Source: an uncultured bacterium
GTDB lineage: Bacteria > Bacillota_I > Bacilli_A > RF39 > UBA660
Direction: 5' to 3'
Assembly: GCA_946643435.1 (NCBI GenBank)
Contig: CAMPCD010000004.1
Coordinates: forward strand, 1 to 60,533
DNA: 60,533 nt
A program made the position numbers and the translations under genes. The notes below the pieces were generated by a model. The model did not search any database and was not told the DNA's origin. It saw only the letters and a list, made by a program, of their open reading frames with translations. Below, piece by piece: positions 28,703-37,987 of this stretch (its first letter is position 1; every line of letters begins with the position of its first letter).

Positions 28703-30724
28703 TTATTTTACTGTTACATATTGTAATGTATCGTATTTATAACCATTTATTACAACAAATACTCTATATTTACCTTTAGGTAGTCCATAGTAATATATTT
28801 GTTTATCAACCATAGAACCAACTTCTCTAGCATTAGCGATATATGCTTCAGAACTAGGTGAAATAAATACTACATCAATTTTATGTGTATCATTTAATGC
28901 AACATTCATACCTAAATAACCATTATTAGCATATACTGGGAATAACATATCTTCTGCTTCTTGATATGATAATGCATCTTCTCTAGATAATTTAGTAAAT
29001 GCATTACTTCTTGTATCAGTAGATACAGCATATCCAGGATTATAGTTCTTTAGTTCATTTAATTTATTAGGTTTAACAGACATATTACCTAAATTATAAA
29101 TATCTGCTTTAACTACTTCGAATTTAGATTCAAGTAAATGTAATTTATGTAATACTTTATCATTTTCATCTAATTCAATAATATAAGTATCATATTTATC
29201 ATTACTGAATTGAGTACATTCAGGATCATCATAATCTACATCTTCAGTGAAATGCCATCCAGATGTAATTAATTTATGTCCTTCAGCTGTATAATTAAAG
29301 CTTGATAAAGCATATGAGAATATTTCATTTCCACCATACTTCCAAACTAATTCAGCTGTCTTATTATTTGCATCTATCTTATATACTTTTGCATATGATT
29401 CATTGTTTCTTATAGTAGAACATTTTTTAGCATCTTCTCTATAAGCATCATATCCATTATCAAATACAGATAAATAACCATCAACTAGTCTTACTGAATG
29501 TTGTCCATGAGTATATGAGAAATTAGCTCCTACACCCTTTAAGAAGTATTCATCAAACTTACTTGACCAATATTTCTTGTCTCCTAAAATCCAATTAATC
29601 TTTTTAGTATCATAATCAATAGATACAATACTATTACAATTTCTTAAACTTAAGATAAAATCATTATTAGCTTCATCATAATAGATTGAATTAATCCATC
29701 CCCAAGTAATATATGTACTTGCTATTTTAGGATCTATTTCATCTACTATATTTCTAACAGACCAATCTTTAACAACATTACCAGATGATCTATCTATTTC
29801 AACAATATAATCTGCCATTGAATCAGATTTCATATCTGATGTTAAGATAACTAAGTTGCCATTAGGCATTTCATAACCATCGTGATGATATCCACCTTCA
29901 ATGTTATATTCATGTACTACTCTACCAAACATGTCGATTTCTACAACACCACCAGTAGAAGTAACATCAGGTCCTAAAGAATATGATGATAATAACATAT
30001 TACCATTAGCAAGCATTGTCATACCTTTAGAGTATCCAACATCTTTTAAATACCATCTAACTTCACCATAGTTATCAAATGCTATAGTTGGAGCACCAAG
30101 TGATGATGTACCAAAATAGAATTGACCATCTATAGTTTTTTCTTCATTTGTTTCAACAACATCATATACATGACCTTCTTGATCAAATCCTTCAACATTA
30201 TATTCGTCTACATTAATAGTAAATGTTTTAGAATCTCCACTTTCAGTAGTAATAACTACTTTATTTTCATATAAACCATATAATCCCCATATAGGAATAA
30301 AATGGTCTTTTGATGATTCAAAAGTTTTAACTATATCATCATCATGTTTACCTTTAATAGTTAAAGTAACTTTTTCATTATTTTTAGTACCAAACATTAA
30401 TATAGCTGTTTGAGGACTAATACCATATGGGTCTTTAACCAATATAGCTTTATCTAAGTTTGGTTTTTCTTTTTTATATCTAGCTAATAACTCATTCCAT
30501 ACTTTATCTTGAGATTCATATATATCATAGTTATCAACTGTGCTTGGAGCATCTTTTAATACCCAAGCAAATTGAGGATCTACCTTTTCACTTGCAGTGA
30601 TCTTTGTTTTATCATTTATAAATATAAAATATATTATAACCACTATTATAGCTACTGCTATTAAAGCAATAGCTATAATATATGGATTAACTTTTGTTGT
30701 TGTCTTTTTATTCTTAGCCATCAT
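28703..30724 (-). CDS. Membrane-anchored arylsulfotransferase (ASST)-like beta-propeller protein
   Basis: N-terminal TM segment. HHDGYEMPNGNLV, DYIVEIDRSSGNVVKDW, WINSIYYDEANNDFILSLRNCNSIVSIDYDTKKINWILG and HGQHSVRL..FDNG follow the ASST family pattern as I recall it. Confidence 0.65.
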   Translation of the reverse strand: MMAKNKKTTTKVNPYIIAIALIAVAIIVVIIYFIFINDKTKITASEKVDPQFAWVLKDAPSTVDNYDIYESQDKVWNELLARYKKEKPNLDKAILVKDPYGISPQTAILMFGTKNNEKVTLTIKGKHDDDIVKTFESSKDHFIPIWGLYGLYENKVVITTESGDSKTFTINVDEYNVEGFDQEGHVYDVVETNEEKTIDGQFYFGTSSLGAPTIAFDNYGEVRWYLKDVGYSKGMTMLANGNMLLSSYSLGPDVTSTGGVVEIDMFGRVVHEYNIEGGYHHDGYEMPNGNLVILTSDMKSDSMADYIVEIDRSSGNVVKDWSVRNIVDEIDPKIASTYITWGWINSIYYDEANNDFILSLRNCNSIVSIDYDTKKINWILGDKKYWSSKFDEYFLKGVGANFSYTHGQHSVRLVDGYLSVFDNGYDAYREDAKKCSTIRNNESYAKVYKIDANNKTAELVWKYGGNEIFSYALSSFNYTAEGHKLITSGWHFTEDVDYDDPECTQFSNDKYDTYIIELDENDKVLHKLHLLESKFEVVKADIYNLGNMSVKPNKLNELKNYNPGYAVSTDTRSNAFTKLSREDALSYQEAEDMLFPVYANNGYLGMNVALNDTHKIDVVFISPSSEAYIANAREVGSMVDKQIYYYGLPKGKYRVFVVINGYKYDTLQYVTVK

Positions 30725-30732
30725 GTCACCTC

Positions 30733-33012
30733 TTAATTACAGTTAGATGCAATTCTATATGGATTAGCATCACTACCATCACCAGAACATACTCTAGCAC
30801 TATTCTTATTCATTAAATGCATAGTTCTGAAAGGATAAGATGCACCAGTATAAATTGCTTTCTTAGTTATTGTTCCATTAGCACCATAACCAGTAACTAC
30901 ATAATAGTAATAGTTGTATCTAGTAGTTGACCATGAAGGACCATGAACTGAAATAGTAAATCCAGAAGATCCAGATTGAGAAATCCAATATGATGGAGTT
31001 AAAGCATTTAAGAATAACTTAGCATCTGTTTCAGTAGGTATTGCTGAATATCCAGTATAATTACCTTGGTTATCTGAAGCAAATGTTGCTCTACCAAACA
31101 TATTATCTGATGAACATGTATCTATATCAGAATCTACATTAGCTATACCAGTCTTAAATGAATTCCATACAGTAGATGAATATGTATAACTTGTAGAATA
31201 ATATCCATCACATGTTTGAGTTCCCCAAGAACCTGTTCTAGTAACAACTGTACCAGATAAGTTATATGATTTTGATTTATCAGTTAATACTGTAGCACCA
31301 CTTGTTCTACCTAATACAGTAAATGTTTTATCTCTATAAGCTACTGTTTTTACTTTATTACAATAATAACAATTCATTGAACCTAGGGCTTTAGAATTTC
31401 CACCAGCTTTACAACTTGTATTACAATCTGTACCTACATTTGTACCAATTATTGAATATAAGTTATTAGTTATATTAACGTTAACAGCTACCCAAGGGCC
31501 TGCAAAACCTTCTGCATTAACAGGTCTAATATATGCTGTTTGCTTATCATTAGCTACATTTGCACAATTTGAAACAGGAGTTTCACTTATTGCACTAAAT
31601 GTTTTACTTGTTACACCAGATGGGTTTCTAGGAAGATCAGTATATGAAGCTTGATCATAACTTGTTTGATATCTAACTACACCTATTGGCGAATAAGTAT
31701 CACCAATAGTTATTGTTCTTTTTAAATCAATATCACCTGCACCAGTAGAACTACCACTTATTTTACAATTAGGTATTACTAAGTCTTGAGCAATTAATAC
31801 ATTTGCTTCACTATTTAATTGATAGTTTGTAATGTAATGTCCTCTAGCAGTCATCTTAATGTTATACATGTTGCTACCATCTCTTACGTAATAAATCTTA
31901 CTGAAATCATTACTATTAGTAGCAAGATTCTCTGTAACAGGATTATTAGCTATATAATTAGTTGATCCATATTTAGATCTTGTTATAGTATAAGTTGAAT
32001 TAGATGAATCTGCACCAACTAATGTAGGTCTAAATGCCAATACTTTATAATTAGTACAATCTGATGTAGTTGGTTCATATTGATGATACATAGTAGTATG
32101 AGTATCCATAGAACCTGTTCCATATGTATTTGTATATTTATTACCATTATTAAATGCAGTTGATGAAATTTCTGGTCTTGCTTGATTTAATGGATTAGCA
32201 GCAACAGTTACTTCTCTAACCTCTAAATCAGGAGCAAATGTATCTAATACTACTATATTTCTTGTAAATTCTTTTGGAGTACCAGATGAAGATATAAATG
32301 AATAAGTAATTCTATATGTACCTGCTTCATCCATATATTTCATTTTACCTTTTGATGTAGTTGTTCCACCTTCACCAATGTAAGAAATATTTCTAATTAA
32401 ATTAGAACCACCATGATTCTTAGACCAATCATTAACATCGTTCCATTCTTTCCAACCTGGTGCATATTTACAAGTAAAATGATATTTATTTATTAATTCA
32501 TCACGATTTGTAACTATATTACCATTTTCATCACTTATACTTAACTTGTAAGTACCAATACCATTCATACAGTCATATGGTTCACCAAATACTACATAGT
32601 CATCTAATGCTACTAAGTATTGTTCTTTATCACTGCTTTCAGCAGGATATTCAAATTTTAAAGCACCTGATGATGTATCTAGTATTGCTTTAATTAATTC
32701 AGTCTTACTGATTATTTCTCCAGTATATGGATTAGTAAGTTTTTCATCTAAATAACCACCAGCAATAACATCACCTGTAGTTATATACATATATGCTTTA
32801 TCAACATACAAGTTTGAAAATACATCACTATTTTGAGAAGCATAAGCATTTGCTGCACTCAAAACACTCTCTCTAAATTGTTGATATTCTCTATCCTTAG
32901 AATTTTTAGAGATATTTGTCATATTAATAATTATTATTGTTGCTACTATACCTAAAAGGATAATAGTAACTAACAATTCTGTTAAAGTAAAACCTTTTGA
33001 ATTTCTTTTCAT
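30733..33012 (-). CDS. Large modular type IV pilin/pseudopilin-like protein (759 aa)
   Basis: Class III signal MKRNSKG|FTLTELLVTIILLGIV with Glu at +5. A pilin-like globular head of about 125 aa is followed by about 630 aa rich in Ser/Thr/Asn/Tyr/Gly and Cys. Confidence 0.75.
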   Translation of the reverse strand: MKRNSKGFTLTELLVTIILLGIVATIIIINMTNISKNSKDREYQQFRESVLSAANAYASQNSDVFSNLYVDKAYMYITTGDVIAGGYLDEKLTNPYTGEIISKTELIKAILDTSSGALKFEYPAESSDKEQYLVALDDYVVFGEPYDCMNGIGTYKLSISDENGNIVTNRDELINKYHFTCKYAPGWKEWNDVNDWSKNHGGSNLIRNISYIGEGGTTTSKGKMKYMDEAGTYRITYSFISSSGTPKEFTRNIVVLDTFAPDLEVREVTVAANPLNQARPEISSTAFNNGNKYTNTYGTGSMDTHTTMYHQYEPTTSDCTNYKVLAFRPTLVGADSSNSTYTITRSKYGSTNYIANNPVTENLATNSNDFSKIYYVRDGSNMYNIKMTARGHYITNYQLNSEANVLIAQDLVIPNCKISGSSTGAGDIDLKRTITIGDTYSPIGVVRYQTSYDQASYTDLPRNPSGVTSKTFSAISETPVSNCANVANDKQTAYIRPVNAEGFAGPWVAVNVNITNNLYSIIGTNVGTDCNTSCKAGGNSKALGSMNCYYCNKVKTVAYRDKTFTVLGRTSGATVLTDKSKSYNLSGTVVTRTGSWGTQTCDGYYSTSYTYSSTVWNSFKTGIANVDSDIDTCSSDNMFGRATFASDNQGNYTGYSAIPTETDAKLFLNALTPSYWISQSGSSGFTISVHGPSWSTTRYNYYYYVVTGYGANGTITKKAIYTGASYPFRTMHLMNKNSARVCSGDGSDANPYRIASNCN

Positions 33013-33080
33013 CTAAATCCTCTCCTATTATCTATAAGTTATCATAAATCGACCTTTTTGTAAATGAATATTAAGCAATA

Positions 33081-33821
33081 TTAAGTGCCATATGTAGGAT
33101 TAATACAAGCAGTATTATGTCCCTTATATCCTAAACAAATAGAATAGTCATTTGTATTTGTTTCATATAATACTATTACCCTTTTTTCACTATTAGGTAA
33201 TATATCTTCTCCATCATATATATCTACAGTATTAATTCTAAAGATATTTTCATCTATATTAATATAATCATTACCAGTATCAGTATAATAAAATACACTA
33301 TTTAATACAGGGCTAACTTTTATATTATCTTTAATAGATACACTATATTCTATTCCTTCATATCTAAATCCTGCATCTAATGGATAATCTATACCTTTTT
33401 CTGATAATAAAGTTGAGACTTCATTACTATCTATTAATCTAATACCTTTTACATAAGCATCATAATAGTTATTATTATATTTAATAGATCCTAAAGTAAG
33501 ATTACCTAATCCTGTAGGCATGATAGGATTAGTTTTAGTATAATCAGTATTTATTATCTCTTTAGTAGTTGTTACATTTTCATAAACCACAAGATCTGGT
33601 TTCTTATATTTATTTATTAAATTAAACAATAACAGTCCTATAATTGGTATACCTATAATAATTACACATATATAGAATATATTTAATCTTTTTTGTATAA
33701 TATCTATATTCTTTTTATTTTCAAGTTCTGTAGGAATAGTACTAAAATCATAGTTACAATAAGGACAAATATCAAAATTAATGCTTTCCTGATTGCACTT
33801 TGGACATATCACTTGTACCAC
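33081..33821 (-). CDS. Zinc-ribbon / single-pass membrane protein with extracytoplasmic domain
   Basis: CPKC..CPYC zinc ribbon, one TM segment, beta-rich C-terminal domain. Start ambiguous (GTG at 33821 or 33812). Confidence 0.55.
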   Translation of the reverse strand: MVQVICPKCNQESINFDICPYCNYDFSTIPTELENKKNIDIIQKRLNIFYICVIIIGIPIIGLLLFNLINKYKKPDLVVYENVTTTKEIINTDYTKTNPIMPTGLGNLTLGSIKYNNNYYDAYVKGIRLIDSNEVSTLLSEKGIDYPLDAGFRYEGIEYSVSIKDNIKVSPVLNSVFYYTDTGNDYINIDENIFRINTVDIYDGEDILPNSEKRVIVLYETNTNDYSICLGYKGHNTACINPTYGT

Positions 33822-33914
33822 CTACTTTATTCTTATATAAGAATATCACTTATTATAGTAATTGTAAATAATCCTAAAGGCTAAAAAATACTTAATTATT
33901 TTTTTAAATATTAC

Positions 33915-33942
33915 TTGACTAAACGTATAAATATGATATAAT
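33915..33942 (+). promoter_or_regulatory. Sigma-A type promoter of the tRNA Lys-Ile-Glu cluster
   Basis: TTGACT, 16 nt, TATAAT with an extended -10 TG. Confidence 0.6.
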
Positions 33943-33965
33943 GGACTAGTACTCAAAGAAAAGAC

Positions 33966-34041
33966 GTCTTCTTAGCTCAGCTGGTAGAGCAACTGACTCT
34001 TAATCAGTGGGTCTAGGGTTCGAATCCCTAAGGGGACACCA
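33966..34041 (+). tRNA. tRNA-Lys (anticodon CTT)
   Basis: Cloverleaf by hand. Anticodon loop CTCTTAA, T-loop TTCGAAT, encoded CCA. Confidence 0.85.
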
Positions 34042-34048
34042 TTTAAAT

Positions 34049-34125
<77 letters not shown>

Positions 34126-34134
34126 TTGATTTAT

Positions 34135-34210
34135 GGCCCGTTGGTGAAGCGGTTAACACATATGCCTTTCACGCATACATTCATGGGTTCAAATCCCGTA
34201 CGGGTCACCA
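34135..34210 (+). tRNA. tRNA-Glu (anticodon TTC)
   Basis: GGCCCGTTGGTGAAGCGGTTAACAC..., anticodon loop CTTTCAC, encoded CCA. Confidence 0.9.
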
Positions 34211-34219
34211 TTTGATAAT

Positions 34220-34250
34220 AACTAGGATTTATCCTAGTTTTATTTTTTTA
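34220..34250 (+). terminator. Terminator after the tRNA cluster
   Basis: AACTAGGAT-TT-ATCCTAGTT hairpin followed by a T-run. Confidence 0.7.
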
Positions 34251-34268
34251 TAAAATAAAAGGATATAT

Positions 34269-34937
34269 TTAACATATATCCTTTTTATAATAGTCTAATT
34301 TATTTGAATCTAACACTTCTATTGAATAAAAACTAGAAGAATCATAATCATAGTAATACATTATATTCTTATATGAATCAATATTATTTTTATATTCACA
34401 TACATCATATACTTTATTATCCTTATATAGTTTACCATTTACTACATTAGTTAAATGAATATTAATTCCAGCATCTGTTACATCCACTGATTCTATATCA
34501 ATAATAAACATATTATCTACTTCTTTAATAATATCGAATTCATTTTTAGTAGTATTATATACAATTATATTATCTGTACCTAGAATATTACTCTTAGCAA
34601 ATAAAACCATATTATCTTTATAAAATGCTATGTAAGATATAATTGATACATGATCAATTATATATGTATCGTTTATATATAATGTTTCATCATTAAAATT
34701 TATATGATTGTCATTCAAGTTTATATTTATATGATTAAGTGTATCAGCATTCAATGAATATAGTTTAAACCTATCTGTATCACCTATTAATTCATACTGT
34801 TCTTTAACTTCTATTTCTTTCTTATCTTCTTCCTCATTATGAAGCAATACAACTATCAAATATATACTTAAAACTAATAAAAATATAATTATTAAAATAA
34901 TTATATTTCTATCTTCTTTATCTAAAGTTTTATTCAA
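34269..34937 (-). CDS. Hypothetical single-pass membrane protein
   Basis: N-terminal TM segment and an Asn/Asp/Ile-rich extracytoplasmic domain. Overlaps the upstream gene by 8 nt. Confidence 0.55.
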   Translation of the reverse strand: MNKTLDKEDRNIIILIIIFLLVLSIYLIVVLLHNEEEDKKEIEVKEQYELIGDTDRFKLYSLNADTLNHININLNDNHINFNDETLYINDTYIIDHVSIISYIAFYKDNMVLFAKSNILGTDNIIVYNTTKNEFDIIKEVDNMFIIDIESVDVTDAGINIHLTNVVNGKLYKDNKVYDVCEYKNNIDSYKNIMYYYDYDSSSFYSIEVLDSNKLDYYKKDIC

Positions 34938-35892
34938 CTGTCATACTATAGAAGTTTTTATCTTTAGTAAATCTAAATGTTACAACAGTTAATCTATTAG
35001 CATATTTAACAATATCATTATTGTATTCACCTATTTGTCTATTATTAATAATATTAAATACTTTATTGTTATCAATCTTTGCTACATATGCTTTAACTAT
35101 AATATAATTATCATCTTCACTTGCATCAAATGCATGATATGCTACATCTTCTGTATTAGGCACAGACACGATAGCAATATATTCATTCTTATTTGGTGAA
35201 TAAATAAAATTAATATTATATATATTGAATGAAGTTGGTTCATAATCATCTTTACCAAATAATTCAATATAAGCACTTCTTAATGTAGATGATTTAATAG
35301 TTAATATAGAACCATCTGTTTCAATATCAGATTCTTTTAATTTAGAATAAGCCATTTGTAATTTAGTAATCATACTTAAGTCATCTACTTTAGGATTATT
35401 CTTATATAAATTATAATCATATACTTTAAATGTATTAACTAAATTACCATATAAAGCTAAGTAATCAACTTTTTCTTCTTCCTTCTTAGGAGCAGTTGTA
35501 GTTACTTCTTTAGTTTCTTCTGGTTTAGTATATGTATAATTAATAATATCTAAATTATCAGTCTTATATAATCTATAAGCTACATATATAATGATTGATA
35601 ATAATACAATAATATATACAGATAATCTAAATATCTTAAATGATTTACCTCTACTGATTTTCTTTTCTTCTTTAACTATTTGATTTTTAACTTCTTCTTT
35701 TACATCAGTAGTTACTTCATCTATTATTTGATCTTTAAACTCTTTATTAAACTTAGTTCTAACTTCAGCAGTTACTTTATTAGAGAACTCTTTAACTAAT
35801 TGATCTTTATAATTGTTTTCAAAGTCATCAGTTATTTGCTTTCTATATCTATCTAATGTTTTTCTATCTAATATGTTTCTTTTATCAGCCAT
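34930..35892 (-). CDS. Hypothetical single-pass membrane protein with repetitive helical cytoplasmic N-terminus
   Basis: Start at 35892 behind GGTAGGTG. Repetitive (K/E)(E/D)F..(Q/K)I-type helical segment, one TM segment, extracytoplasmic domain. Confidence 0.55.
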   Translation of the reverse strand: MADKRNILDRKTLDRYRKQITDDFENNYKDQLVKEFSNKVTAEVRTKFNKEFKDQIIDEVTTDVKEEVKNQIVKEEKKISRGKSFKIFRLSVYIIVLLSIIIYVAYRLYKTDNLDIINYTYTKPEETKEVTTTAPKKEEEKVDYLALYGNLVNTFKVYDYNLYKNNPKVDDLSMITKLQMAYSKLKESDIETDGSILTIKSSTLRSAYIELFGKDDYEPTSFNIYNINFIYSPNKNEYIAIVSVPNTEDVAYHAFDASEDDNYIIVKAYVAKIDNNKVFNIINNRQIGEYNNDIVKYANRLTVVTFRFTKDKNFYSMTVE

Positions 35893-35991
35893 ATTAAACA
35901 CCTACCTTATAACTATATTATAAGTTATTTACTGTTAATTAACAATTAATTTGCACTTTATATATGACAAGTAAATATATAACTGTAAATA

Positions 35992-37395
35992 TTATCTATA
36001 AGCTTTAAAATGTACTGGAGATGTATTAGCATCAATTGCTCTAAAAGTATATCCATTATTTAAAGCATATTTAATCATTTCTTCTAATCCAGCTGCAGTA
36101 TAAGATTTAATATCATGTAATAATACTATATTACTTCTTTTTGAACTAATGCCTGATTTAAATTTACTTACAACACATGCTCTCTTATCACTTGCACTTA
36201 CACAGCTACCAGCATCTTCAACACATACATTCCAATCGAAATATTCATATCCACGACTAGTAACAGCTGCTGCTACTTCAGACATAGCTACTTTAGATAC
36301 TCTATTAGATGTTCCACCTGGGAATCTAACATATTTTGATTCAGTTCCTGTTATTCTTTTTACTCTATCAGATACTTGTTGTAAATCATTTAAATAAGCA
36401 TCTAGGGAAGCGTACATAACTTTGTAGTTATGTGTTGCTGTATGAAGAGCTACTGTATGTCCTTCATCAAATTCTCTTTTAATAATGGCATCACTACCAC
36501 CTAGAGTAACAAAGAATGTAGCTTTAATATTGTACTTCTTTAATACATCTAATATTTGTGAAGTATATCCACCTGGACCATCATCAAATGTTAAATATAT
36601 TACTCCATCAGTTGCTTTCTTTTCATATACATTAACAGTTCTTACTGCCTTTAATTCTTTATTATCTTTAGCAGTATATGTAATATCATATTTTCCTACT
36701 TTAGTAGTATCAACTGATCCTTTAATTTCTACTTCACCTTCAAGTTTATTACCACATCCATCACTTATATAAGCACCTGGTTCTTCATATGTAGTATTTA
36801 CCACTACATTCATATAACTTTTACCATTTAAAGTGATTTTATCAGCAGGTTTTTCACTTTGAATTTTTCTTAACTCTTTTGTTGTAGTATTACCATTTGA
36901 ATCAGTTACAGATAATATGAATTTATCATCTTTTTCTTCTTTTACTACTTTAGTAGTAATATCTCCATCATAGTCATCTACAGCTTTATAATCTAAATTA
37001 TCTACAGCTTTAGAATCACAATAACCAATTGTTACTTCATTTACATTAGTTGTAATTTGAGGAGCTGTATAATCTACTACTTCTACTTTTCTTACAAGAT
37101 TATAATCTACTCCTTCATACTTAAAATTATACTTAATTTCATAAATACCTACATTAGATAAATCCACATTAGATATAACATCATATGAATCCATATCATC
37201 AAGACTTAATTCTTTATCTCCACGTTTTATAAAAACACCTTCATCATTATATTCAGATCCAAATCCAATCTTAACATAATCATTACCTCTTAAAGATACT
37301 TTTACTTTATTAGTTTGTTTAGTTACATAAAAAATACAAAAACCATTTATAAAAATAAACAGAATAATTACTAAAAGCATAATTGACTTTTTCAT
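35992..37395 (-). CDS. Polysaccharide (peptidoglycan) deacetylase with three N-terminal Ig-like DUF5011-type modules
   Basis: Start at 37395 behind TAGGTGA. TM anchor. NodB-homology motifs IYLTFDDGPG, HTVALHTATH and LLHD. Ig-like repeats ending ...GKYDITYTAKDNKELKAVRTVNV. Confidence 0.8.
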   Translation of the reverse strand: MKKSIMLLVIILFIFINGFCIFYVTKQTNKVKVSLRGNDYVKIGFGSEYNDEGVFIKRGDKELSLDDMDSYDVISNVDLSNVGIYEIKYNFKYEGVDYNLVRKVEVVDYTAPQITTNVNEVTIGYCDSKAVDNLDYKAVDDYDGDITTKVVKEEKDDKFILSVTDSNGNTTTKELRKIQSEKPADKITLNGKSYMNVVVNTTYEEPGAYISDGCGNKLEGEVEIKGSVDTTKVGKYDITYTAKDNKELKAVRTVNVYEKKATDGVIYLTFDDGPGGYTSQILDVLKKYNIKATFFVTLGGSDAIIKREFDEGHTVALHTATHNYKVMYASLDAYLNDLQQVSDRVKRITGTESKYVRFPGGTSNRVSKVAMSEVAAAVTSRGYEYFDWNVCVEDAGSCVSASDKRACVVSKFKSGISSKRSNIVLLHDIKSYTAAGLEEMIKYALNNGYTFRAIDANTSPVHFKAYR

Positions 37396-37447
37396 ATAAT
37401 CACCTAACTTCATTATACAACAAAAAATAGATAATATTAATAATTAT

Positions 37448-37987
37448 CTATTCATTTACCTTAAATAATTGGATTGGTTCTTCTATATGAATATCATACT
37501 CACTAGCACCTTTAGTTTGGGCATTAATGATTAAATAAAGGTTCTTCATATTTCTTTGAATATCTTTAGATAAGTAAGTACCTTTTCCATTAGTTAATCC
37601 TGCTACTTTAAACTTAGAATATAAAGTTATAACTTCACCTAGGTCAGCTGGTTCTTCAAATTCTTTAGTTATATCTTCAATTAATAATAAGTTATTATTA
37701 GATTTAACATAATAACCAATATTAAGTTTTGTTACCTTTTTAGCTTCTCCTAAATATGCAGCTTGATTTGCAAAGAAATAAGTTGCTACAGGACTACTGT
37801 AATAATGTATTTCATCTACTGCTATTTCTTTAGTAGATAATTCCCCAGAATAAAATTTATATTTATTACTTACTCTAAATAACATAAAAGTAAGAAGTAC
37901 TAATATTACTATTAAAGTAATAATAAGTACTCTAGGACTATTTATGATATCAATTTTACTCTTATTATTAGTTTTCTTTTTTGTCAT
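37448..37987 (-). CDS. Hypothetical single-pass membrane protein, translationally overlapping pbp2B
   Basis: Lys-rich N-terminus, one TM segment, extracytoplasmic domain. 20-nt overlap with the PBP gene. Confidence 0.55.
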   Translation of the reverse strand: MTKKKTNNKSKIDIINSPRVLIITLIVILVLLTFMLFRVSNKYKFYSGELSTKEIAVDEIHYYSSPVATYFFANQAAYLGEAKKVTKLNIGYYVKSNNNLLLIEDITKEFEEPADLGEVITLYSKFKVAGLTNGKGTYLSKDIQRNMKNLYLIINAQTKGASEYDIHIEEPIQLFKVNE

